From assembly GCA_052055015.1 (NCBI GenBank), contig JBQJIT010000049.1: DNA of 40,957 nt. One strand, written 5' to 3'. Source of the stretch: Malassezia furfur (lineage: Eukaryota). Positions 33,001 through 40,957 of this stretch are shown here, piece after piece. Each line of letters starts with the position of its first letter. Position 1 is the stretch's first letter. Below the pieces are notes generated by a model that did no database searches, was not told the origin of the DNA, and worked only from the letters and a program-made list of their open reading frames with translations. A program made the position numbers and the translations under genes.

Positions 33001-34068
33001 ATGCCTGTGGCAGAAAACGGTCCATGCACGAGCGTGGCGTCGGTCGTGCACGACCCTCTTGAAGCACTCGCTCTGACACAATATGGTAGCTGGTATCCCA
33101 AGCTTCGGAAGCACGCACCCAAGTCGGCCGTGATCAACCTGGATGAACTGCAGCCTGGGTTTCTTACATGGCTGGAAGAAGACGGACTGGTGCTTTCAGA
33201 CGCGAACGACGCGCGGGGTGCCACCCAACGTGTGCGGCGCAATGTCGAGCAGGAGGCGCGCGAGGTCCTCTCCGACGACGAAGAAGATGAAGAGGATGCG
33301 CCACCGCAGTTCCCCGCGCTCAACGCGCGCATTTACGAGCTCATCGACAAGTATGGACCTGTCTTTCCCAAGCTTAATTGGAGTGCGCCATTGGATGCCG
33401 CATGGATCCTGCCTGGCAACACGATCCGGTGCCAGTCACCGAACGATATCTACCTGTTGCTCAAGTCGTCTGACTTTGTTACCAAGGACCTCGAGCAGGT
33501 CAAGGAGCTGCAGACAGCATGTGCCGAGCGCGGCTTGGAAAAACCTCATGTCGAGCTTGTGCTCAAGAAATGGTTTGAGATGCCTCGGTCACACGAGTTT
33601 CGCGTGTTTGTGCGTGAGGGACGTATGATTGCGGTCTCGCAGCGCGATGTGACTTTTTACGAACACCTCCAAAACGAGGCGACCCAGGACCAAATTCTGC
33701 GCCAGCTGCACGCCACCGTGGATCTGGTCAAGGAAGCGGTGCCGCTCGCGGATCTGGTGATCGACGTGTACCTCACGCGGAACCTGGACAGCAGCTTTGT
33801 GATCGACCTGAATCCGTTCCTTCCGCGCACGGACCCCCTGTTGTGGGCGTTTGAAGAGCTCGAAGAATGTGCGCAGGCGATGCACGAGGACCCCACACGT
33901 ACTGTCCCACTACGGATTTTGACGTCGCCGGCCCAGGCGTCTCAGTCGCAACCGACTTACTCCTCCAACATGATCCCGGCGGACGTGGTCGAGATTGGCT
34001 CCGGGCAAAACATCGCCGAGTTTGCCAAGGACTGGCAGCAGCAGCTCGCGTCAGCCGTACAGGACTAG
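33001..34068 (+). CDS. CDC123: Cdc123/D123 ATP-grasp protein, eIF2 assembly factor (355 aa)
   Basis: [44 protein letters not shown] and IDLNPF...TDPLL. An in-frame alternative ATG lies at 32959. Confidence 0.93.
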   Translation: MPVAENGPCTSVASVVHDPLEALALTQYGSWYPKLRKHAPKSAVINLDELQPGFLTWLEEDGLVLSDANDARGATQRVRRNVEQEAREVLSDDEEDEEDAPPQFPALNARIYELIDKYGPVFPKLNWSAPLDAAWILPGNTIRCQSPNDIYLLLKSSDFVTKDLEQVKELQTACAERGLEKPHVELVLKKWFEMPRSHEFRVFVREGRMIAVSQRDVTFYEHLQNEATQDQILRQLHATVDLVKEAVPLADLVIDVYLTRNLDSSFVIDLNPFLPRTDPLLWAFEELEECAQAMHEDPTRTVPLRILTSPAQASQSQPTYSSNMIPADVVEIGSGQNIAEFAKDWQQQLASAVQD

Positions 34069-35684
34069 TAGCGCAGCTTGCCCTTTACTCGCGGGAAGCC
34101 CACAATGTCGCGCACATTGTCCATGTGGGTTACCCAGCTCAAAAGCCGCTCCATACCGAGACCATACCCGCCATGGGGGGCACCGCCGTATCGACGTAGA
34201 TCTTCTTTGTACCATTGTAACGGACCCGACTCGGTGTTCATACCGTGCGACTGCATGCGTGCATGCAGCACCGCCTCGCGCTCTTCGCGCAAACTGCCGC
34301 CGGCCAGCTCGCCCATCTGGGGAACCAGCAGGTCAAAGCAAGCGACGGTCACTTGCTCTTCGCCCGCACGTCCCGGCGCCACCTCCTCTGTGAGGCGCAC
34401 GGGTTCCTCGTTCTCGCGCATGTAGAAAGGCTTTTGCATAGACGGGTAATCTGTGACAAACACGGGCGTCCCAGCTTCGGCCGCGAGCCAGCGCTCGTGT
34501 TCGGAGCGCAGCGCGTCGCCCCACGTCGGCACTTCGCTGAATGCATCGGGATGCGCCTGTGCGTGTGCACGTACCCGCGCAACCGCTTCTGTGTAGGTGA
34601 TCCGCGGCCATGTGCGGTCCAAGCCCGCCTGCGACCGAAGGGTGTCGGCGGGATGATCGGTGCCCAGTAGCAGGTGCATGTCCTGCACTGCACGCGCGCT
34701 CTGCCGATCCTGCGCATCAAGTCCGACGGCTGCCTTGACCATCTCCTTGACCATAGCCTCGACGCACGCCATGACCATTTCGAGCCCGGCGGGTCCGTGT
34801 GGCACCCAGCAGAACTCGGCCTCGCACATCCAAAACTCGGCCAGATGCCGGTTGGTCGCAGAGCCCTCGGCACGGAACGTGGGGCACAGTGCGTATACGC
34901 GCGAGAGGCCCAGGGCAAATGCCTCAAGATGCAACTGCGTCGAGACGCTCAAATAGGCACCCTGCCCGCTCCAAAACGCCGTGAGGTTTTCGGGCTGCGT
35001 CGGTTTGGACGCGTCGATATCGGAATCAGCAACGACGCGGAAGATCTCGCCGCCCCCTTCACAGTCTGAGGAGGTAATAATGGGCGGATACATCTTGGTA
35101 AAATCTTCGCGGGCGAACCACGCGTCCATGGCGCGCTCCATGCGCGCGCGTGTGCGAGAGAGGGCGCCGTAGTGCGCCGTACGCGCCTTGAAATGCGATT
35201 CGCGGCGCACAATATCGGCCGCTTGCTCGTGTACCGCATCTCCGCGGTCTGATACATTCATCAAGTGGGCGAGCGGATAGGTCGCCAGCTCGCTATCGGC
35301 CAGCACTTGATACTCGTTGACATGCAGCTCGACCTGCTGGCTCTGCTTCTTTCCCCTACCTGGGCGCATATGGCCCGTTAAGCGCAATGCGACGCCTGGC
35401 GCGATGCCACTAGATTCGCCCGTAAGCATGGCCTGCAGCGTAGCCCCGCCGCCCATCGTGCCATCGGTAATCTCGAGAAACGTGCGTGTCTTTTGGCGGC
35501 GCATGGAGGCGACCCACGCATTCGCCTCGACGGGCCGGTCAAGCGAGGCATCTGCTGCAGCCTCAGCCTCATGAACAATTTTGGACAGTGTGGGCGCCAT
35601 TGTGCGATGCACGAACCGCACATTGGGCGCGCCCGGACGGCGGCGCGCCGCGCGGCTCACCGCGGCCTTCCAGCCGGCGAACAT
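34065..35684 (-). CDS. SLM5: Mitochondrial asparaginyl-tRNA synthetase (539 aa)
   Basis: Arg-rich presequence, PIITSSDCEGGGE, YLSVSTQLHLE, PTFRAE...RHLAEFWMCEAE, GELAGGSLREER and PHGGYGLGMERL. Confidence 0.92.
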   Translation of the reverse strand: MFAGWKAAVSRAARRRPGAPNVRFVHRTMAPTLSKIVHEAEAAADASLDRPVEANAWVASMRRQKTRTFLEITDGTMGGGATLQAMLTGESSGIAPGVALRLTGHMRPGRGKKQSQQVELHVNEYQVLADSELATYPLAHLMNVSDRGDAVHEQAADIVRRESHFKARTAHYGALSRTRARMERAMDAWFAREDFTKMYPPIITSSDCEGGGEIFRVVADSDIDASKPTQPENLTAFWSGQGAYLSVSTQLHLEAFALGLSRVYALCPTFRAEGSATNRHLAEFWMCEAEFCWVPHGPAGLEMVMACVEAMVKEMVKAAVGLDAQDRQSARAVQDMHLLLGTDHPADTLRSQAGLDRTWPRITYTEAVARVRAHAQAHPDAFSEVPTWGDALRSEHERWLAAEAGTPVFVTDYPSMQKPFYMRENEEPVRLTEEVAPGRAGEEQVTVACFDLLVPQMGELAGGSLREEREAVLHARMQSHGMNTESGPLQWYKEDLRRYGGAPHGGYGLGMERLLSWVTHMDNVRDIVGFPRVKGKLRY

Positions 35685-35718
35685 GAATGTGGAGGAGGTG
35701 GGTGGAGGGAGCGGCTAC

Positions 35719-37452
35719 CTACTTTTTCGCTGCGGTGCGGCGACGAAGCCAGTCAATCATCTTGAGATGAAGCGCTGGCTTGTGCTTTTTGTGACGAGCC
35801 ATCACATCCACAAGCTCGTGCGGCTCCATGACGTATGACCCGGCCGCGGGGTGGCTACCCTCGACCAGAGCCTCGCACTCGGCCTCACTCGGGAGCGCCC
35901 AGACGTTGTACGACGGGTTCCAGCGCAGCGGACCGACGCCGCGTAGCTCCGCATCCCGCTTCTTACGGTACTCGCGCGTGTTGGGCACCGGGGGAATGTC
36001 AAGCTTCGGCACATGCAGCTGCAGACCCGCCTTGCGCGCGTCCTCGATCGTGCTGAAGCACAGCTTCTCGAGTTGGGCATGGTCGACCTCCTCGAGCGTC
36101 GCCGGACTCCACAGGGCACGGCCCGTGCGGCGCTTGCCTGTCTCGGGGTCCTTAGTGAGCGTGTGCTTAACGCCCGTGTAAAAGTCCCGGCCCAGCGACA
36201 GGTCGCAAAAGACGGTGCAGATGTGGATGTTCTCGTGGATGATCTCCAGGAGCGGCATCTTGCTCGCACGCTGCATCTCGCGGAACGTCACGATCAGGCC
36301 GCGCGGCGAGCGCATGTTGAGTTCGTCGAGGGTCGTCTTGGCAAACGTCTGCACTTCAGGCGAGATACTCTCGAGGCCGCGCTTGGCCAACTCCTTAAAC
36401 GTGTAGGAGTCCTGACGCATCTCAGCGACGTCCTTGAGTGAAGCCATGATCTGCTCCACGCTATCACGGCCGAAGCAGAAGTCCATCACAACGCGGCGGT
36501 CGCCAAGGAACACAGAGTTGCGCACGAGCTCCGCGCCATTCTCGGTGTCATTGGCAAACGGATCTGAGGCAAACTCGTCAATCACGTTGTTCACAACACT
36601 GCCGCTGTTCACCGACTCGACCGGCAGCGTACCGAGACGCTGGGCCAGATCGTCCAGCAGGTTGGAGCGCACGTAGTGCGTCGCGAGACCCAGCAGGTAC
36701 GTATCGGCGCCGTTGAGACGGTTGCCCGTCAGCGCAAGGTACATGCCCGCGTTTCCGTCTAGGCGCGAGTAGACGTAGGTCACACCGGCGTCCGGGTAGT
36801 AGCCGATCGACACTTCGGGCATGGCGTACATGGTACGCTCGGTGACCACGCGGAACGGCGCATTTGCCGAGATGCCGATACCACCACCCATGGTGATCCC
36901 GTCCATGAAGCTAATGTAGTACTTCATGCGACCCTGGGCGGCCGTCATGTTCTCATAGTTGGCGACGTTCCAGTTCTCTTTAAGCTCAGCGGTAAAGAAG
37001 GAAGTGGAGCGCTCGCGCTGCTCCATGCTCTTTTCGTTCGCGGCATCGACAACGACCATGATATCGCCGCCGGCGCACAGCGCACGGCCCTCGCCGCGGA
37101 GGATGACCGTCGCACAGTTGGGCGACTCGGCCGTGGCTTTCAGGCACTTGCCGAATTCCACAACCATCTCCTCGTTCATCGCATTCAGCGCCTTGGGGCG
37201 GTTGAGGCGGATGGTGCGCGCGCTGCCATCCTTGAGCAGCTGCACAAGACCGTTCATGTGCCCATCGATAGGCACCTCGGTCGCAGTTGCACGCGGTGCG
37301 GAAGAGGACATGTGACGCGCAATGGAATTTATTCGCTCGGCGGTGCGCTGCGATGCGGCACGATGCTTCATAGAGCTCCGGGGCACCTGCGAGGTCAGCG
37401 GACGAGACAAGGCCGACACGGATCTCGCGGCCAACGGCACACAGATGGGCAT
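35719..37452 (-). CDS. EHD3: Mitochondrial 3-hydroxyisobutyryl-CoA hydrolase (Ehd3/HIBCH, crotonase fold) (577 aa)
   Basis: LNRPKALNA, ALCAGGD, MDGITMGGGIG and AMPEVSIGYYPDAG. The start ATG is uncertain (37452 or 37371). Confidence 0.9.
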   Translation of the reverse strand: MPICVPLAARSVSALSRPLTSQVPRSSMKHRAASQRTAERINSIARHMSSSAPRATATEVPIDGHMNGLVQLLKDGSARTIRLNRPKALNAMNEEMVVEFGKCLKATAESPNCATVILRGEGRALCAGGDIMVVVDAANEKSMEQRERSTSFFTAELKENWNVANYENMTAAQGRMKYYISFMDGITMGGGIGISANAPFRVVTERTMYAMPEVSIGYYPDAGVTYVYSRLDGNAGMYLALTGNRLNGADTYLLGLATHYVRSNLLDDLAQRLGTLPVESVNSGSVVNNVIDEFASDPFANDTENGAELVRNSVFLGDRRVVMDFCFGRDSVEQIMASLKDVAEMRQDSYTFKELAKRGLESISPEVQTFAKTTLDELNMRSPRGLIVTFREMQRASKMPLLEIIHENIHICTVFCDLSLGRDFYTGVKHTLTKDPETGKRRTGRALWSPATLEEVDHAQLEKLCFSTIEDARKAGLQLHVPKLDIPPVPNTREYRKKRDAELRGVGPLRWNPSYNVWALPSEAECEALVEGSHPAAGSYVMEPHELVDVMARHKKHKPALHLKMIDWLRRRTAAKK

Positions 37453-37574
37453 GGTCGGAAAAAGCTCGATTGTGCACACGGCACAGAGTATTTTGCTTAT
37501 TCAGCGAAACCAGCGCTCGCACGACCGCTGAGTCAGCAAGAGTAGCACGGACGTGGCACCTGTGAACATCGATC

Positions 37575-38100
<526 letters not shown>

Positions 38101-38113
38101 GATGTCTACAGCA

Positions 38114-39628
38114 CTACTGCGGCGAGAGTAGGTTTTTGATATTGTCGAGCATCTGCACATCCTTGTGCGTGGACGGCGCGTCGCGTTTCCGCTTCTGAAA
38201 GCGCTGGCGCTTGCCGCCGCGGTTGGCGTTCGCCGCACGGCCATTGCGTGCCAGGGCGCCAAACAGCGAGCCCGTGTCGGCGCTTCCGCCACGCAGCGGG
38301 TGCGCCGCCGCGCCGCCAGGCCCGCTTTGCGTCTTGGCCTCGCTCGCAGGATCGTCGACCCAGCGCGGCGAGCCGAGCGTCGGCGGCGCCGTGTCCGGCG
38401 AGCGACGCAGCGCCATCAGCTGCGACCGGACGTAGCCCAGCTCCGGCTCGGTAGCCGCAACGTTGGGCGGCGTACGGCGCGTCGCGTGCGGCGCCGCCTG
38501 CAGGTCGAGGTACGCGTGCAGCACACGGAAGTAGCCCGCCCCGCGGTTCGGCTTGGCGCGCGTGTAGTCCACCACGTCCAGGCCCTGGCGGTGCTGCAGG
38601 GGCAGGTGCGCAATGTGGCCGCCCGCCGCGACGGCCAGGCCGGCGTCGGCGCCGACAAAGTAGCGACTGCGCCGCGCGTCCTCGACACGGCTCACGGCGT
38701 GGCCCTGGATCGGCTCGGCAAGCAGGTGCGTGTACACGCTGTCCGGCTGCGAGTACTGCAGACCATGCAGCGGGTGCAGCGCAGCGGCATGCGCTGGCGT
38801 CGCGATCGCCTTGCTCTGGGGCGCGTCCGTCCGCGCCTGCGCACGCGCCTTGAAGAAGGAGGCGGCGCTCTGTGGCGCATGCGGGAGACGCGCCTCGTCC
38901 CACAGGTCCACGGCGGGCATGTCGATGTTGGCGCACGCCGCGGCGTACTCTTCCTCACTCACGACCGCGGACGCCTGCTCCTTGGAGCGCTTGCGCGCAA
39001 GCTGCTCCAGCGCCGCGTGCTCCGCTGCGGCCTGGCGCTGTGCACGCAGTGCCGCGCGGAACTTGGGGCGCTGACGCCGCACCGAGTCGAGGAAGCGGTG
39101 GAACTCGCGCTCGGACATGGCGTTGTAGTTCGGCAGGATGTCGGGCATCGTCGCAAACTTGGCATGGTTCGTGCCCCAGACGACGTGCGCCGGCAGAGTA
39201 TCGTCCTTCATGGTCGCACTGTCGTACGGGGTGCGTGGCCGCAGACCCTGCGCGGCGTTGGTGTCCTCTTCGCCGACGACGCTCGAGAGGCCGTCGCGCT
39301 TCGAGCGGTCACTCAGGCGCGCACCGGCCTCTTGCCAGCGCAGGCGGAAGAGCGGGTCGCGCTCGCTCTCGCGCCAGTCCGTGAGGCCCTGCTTGGAGTC
39401 CAGGCCGTGCACGGTCGCGTAGCGCAGGGCGCCAGGGTACGGCGCAGGCGCCGGCATATCGGGCGTCGAGTGCCACGACGACGGCATCGGGCGCTTCAGG
39501 CCCCAGTCGCCGCGCGCCGCGTGTGCCGTCGGAGCCGTGTACACGCGCGGCGTCTTGGGGTCGTACGTGCTCACCCGCGTGCGCTGCAGCAGCCGCGAGA
39601 GCCGCGTCGGCGCTCCGGAGCTCGCCAT
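38114..39628 (-). CDS. MRP51: Mitochondrial small-subunit ribosomal protein bS1m (Mrp51)-like (504 aa)
   Basis: Starts at ATG 39628 (MASSGAPTRLSRLL). Contains the RGDWGLKRP motif and HPLHGLQYS. Confidence 0.8.
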   Translation of the reverse strand: MASSGAPTRLSRLLQRTRVSTYDPKTPRVYTAPTAHAARGDWGLKRPMPSSWHSTPDMPAPAPYPGALRYATVHGLDSKQGLTDWRESERDPLFRLRWQEAGARLSDRSKRDGLSSVVGEEDTNAAQGLRPRTPYDSATMKDDTLPAHVVWGTNHAKFATMPDILPNYNAMSEREFHRFLDSVRRQRPKFRAALRAQRQAAAEHAALEQLARKRSKEQASAVVSEEEYAAACANIDMPAVDLWDEARLPHAPQSAASFFKARAQARTDAPQSKAIATPAHAAALHPLHGLQYSQPDSVYTHLLAEPIQGHAVSRVEDARRSRYFVGADAGLAVAAGGHIAHLPLQHRQGLDVVDYTRAKPNRGAGYFRVLHAYLDLQAAPHATRRTPPNVAATEPELGYVRSQLMALRRSPDTAPPTLGSPRWVDDPASEAKTQSGPGGAAAHPLRGGSADTGSLFGALARNGRAANANRGGKRQRFQKRKRDAPSTHKDVQMLDNIKNLLSPQ

Positions 39629-39729
39629 GGTCGGTTGCGAAGGTCGGTCACGTGGTTTTTGGTTTTTCGCGCGGGCGCGGCGTCCAGCGCAACTTGCCGG
39701 CGCGCCGGCACGTAGCGGCGACGCTGCGT

Positions 39730-40150
39730 GACAGCTGCGGTCTAAGGGCCGCAGTTCCTGTGCGCCGGCGAGAAGGAAGCTGGGCTCTAAAACCATCGTC
39801 TGGAGGGCAGGCACACGCCGCTCCATGATCCGGGGATGACCTGATGTCCACACATTTGTACGTTGGCACGCCAGCGCACGTTGCTGGAGGATCAAACTCG
39901 ATCTACGCGAGGCACCTCACAGGAGCCGCTGAGCCAAGGGGCAGGCATACCCGCCTCGTGCGGGTCGGCCTGCTGCATAAAGGCGTGTCTGACAGCAACG
40001 GTGTGCTGAGCACACTGACGAGGATAGAGAATGCGTAGTGAGGAAGCGCCGCAGGCGCCCAAGGCAGCGCACGGGTGTGATGGTGTCGGGTAGCGGACTT
40101 GTAGGGCGGTGTGGCCCGTCTCGCACACGGGTGTCTCGAGGTAACAGGGG
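39730..40150 (+). ncRNA. Candidate structured non-coding RNA of unknown class
   Basis: Lies in the only long intergenic gap. It contains several helices, and three of them contain G-U pairs on the + strand only. No convincing ORF. Boundaries are approximate. Confidence 0.3.
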
Positions 40151-40158
40151 CTCCTTTC

Positions 40159-40957
40159 CTACGCAAGGCTACGCAGACCGGTCGCGAGCTTGCCGACCTC
40201 GCTAATCTGGCTGACGTGGCACAGCGAGCCGACAAACTCGGGGAGGTACTTGGCGCCCGTCAGCGGGTCGTCCACGGCACCGGCGCCGCCGTTCGGGATG
40301 AGCACATGGCTCCCCGCACACACGACGTACACGGTTTCGTGCGTGGAGTACGACGGGATGGGCACCGCATCGCGCGGCTGCCGGTCGCTCAGCGTGAGGA
40401 TCTGCTGGGCGACCTGCACGATCTTGGCAGGCGGGTTGAGCTCGAGCAGGCGGCGCGCAAAGTGGCCGGCCATGGCGAGGTTGCCGACGCGGCGCGACTC
40501 CATCATCGCGATGCGCAGCGCCAGCATCTGGTGCTGCGGCTGCATCTGCACGTGCGTAAACAGCGCCGCGAGCTCGACGTTGCGCGCGACGTTGTCGGGC
40601 TCGGTCGCGGCAAGCGCGCGGCGCTCGAGCTCGATCGAGATGCCGATCAGGTACTCGCGGCACTGCGCAATCATCTCGGCAATCTCGGCGGCCTCGCCCT
40701 CGTTCGCCGCCGGCGTCAGCACGAGCTTGTGCAGGAGCGCGCGGAAGAGGCCCTCGGCCTCGGGCAGCTTGTTGCCGCTCACGGCGCGGTACGCGTCCTG
40801 CAGGTCGTGCGCCGCAAGGTGGCTCACCGCAAACGGCGTGGCAGGCAGCACGCGGCTCAGCTCGCCCTCGCTCGCCTCGTTGTTGCGGCGCAGGTGCAGC
40901 ACGAGCGGCGGCGCACCCGGCGCGCCCGGCACCACGGCGCGCGCCGCGGCGTACACG
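40159..40957 (-). CDS. COP1: Coatomer alpha subunit, C-terminal part (runs off the right edge)
   Basis: CREYLIG, ELAALFTHVQMQPQH, AGHFARRLLEL, VCAGSH and KYLPEFVGSLCHVSQISEVGKLATGLR, typical of the COPI alpha C-terminal domain. Confidence 0.93.
   Translation of the reverse strand, partial: VYAAARAVVPGAPGAPPLVLHLRRNNEASEGELSRVLPATPFAVSHLAAHDLQDAYRAVSGNKLPEAEGLFRALLHKLVLTPAANEGEAAEIAEMIAQCREYLIGISIELERRALAATEPDNVARNVELAALFTHVQMQPQHQMLALRIAMMESRRVGNLAMAGHFARRLLELNPPAKIVQVAQQILTLSDRQPRDAVPIPSYSTHETVYVVCAGSHVLIPNGGAGAVDDPLTGAKYLPEFVGSLCHVSQISEVGKLATGLRSLA

Noticed and set aside
37387..37420. Branch/acceptor-like CTGACCTCGCAG near the EHD3 5' end
   Set aside because: No consensus donor at a suitable distance, and the unspliced frame already gives a plausible mitochondrial presequence.
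39770..40035. Hammerhead-like CTGACGAG (~40015) and telomerase P6.1-like GAAGCTGGGCTCT (~39776)
   Set aside because: There is no downstream GAAA core or correct stems for a hammerhead. The P6.1 stem is mismatched and no telomere template repeat was identified.
39844..40038. 64 aa ORF (MSTHLYVG...) and a possible 17 nt intron in the MRP51-COP1 gap
   Set aside because: No recognisable protein features, no branch motif, and the spliced alternative gives only a short peptide.

Overview
Eukaryotic (fungal) genomic DNA. It is GC-rich and extremely gene-dense, and most consistent with a compact basidiomycete yeast such as Malassezia. That assignment is an inference from eEF3, She9, Mrp51 and Sec2 orthologues, tiny intergenic gaps and tiny introns; the species cannot be determined. 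I resolve 21 protein-coding genes: MDN1/midasin (partial), TRAPPC11-like, DHX57/YLR419W-like DEAH helicase, SEC2-like, IRC5/HELLS-like SNF2, ORC6-like, RAD3/XPD, eEF3, SHE9, RFA3, DUF4604-like, ACS, ATP synthase subunit e, EGD1, CBC2, CDC123, mitochondrial AsnRS, EHD3, RIB4, MRP51 and COP1 (partial). I found no mobile elements, tRNA, rRNA or CRISPR. Three things stand out. (1) There are 26 ultra-short GT-AG spliceosomal introns of 21-37 nt (mode 22; 21 of 26 are 27 nt or shorter), each little more than donor hexamer, branch site and acceptor. Most are validated because removing them restores conserved protein motifs. (2) Genes are packed almost without spacers, including overlapping stop codons, 29-43 nt tandem gaps and a 40 nt divergent gap. 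(3) The only long intergenic stretch (39629-40158) folds into several helices with + strand G-U pairs and is a candidate unannotated structured ncRNA. Most other ORFs in the supplied track are GC/codon-bias shadows.
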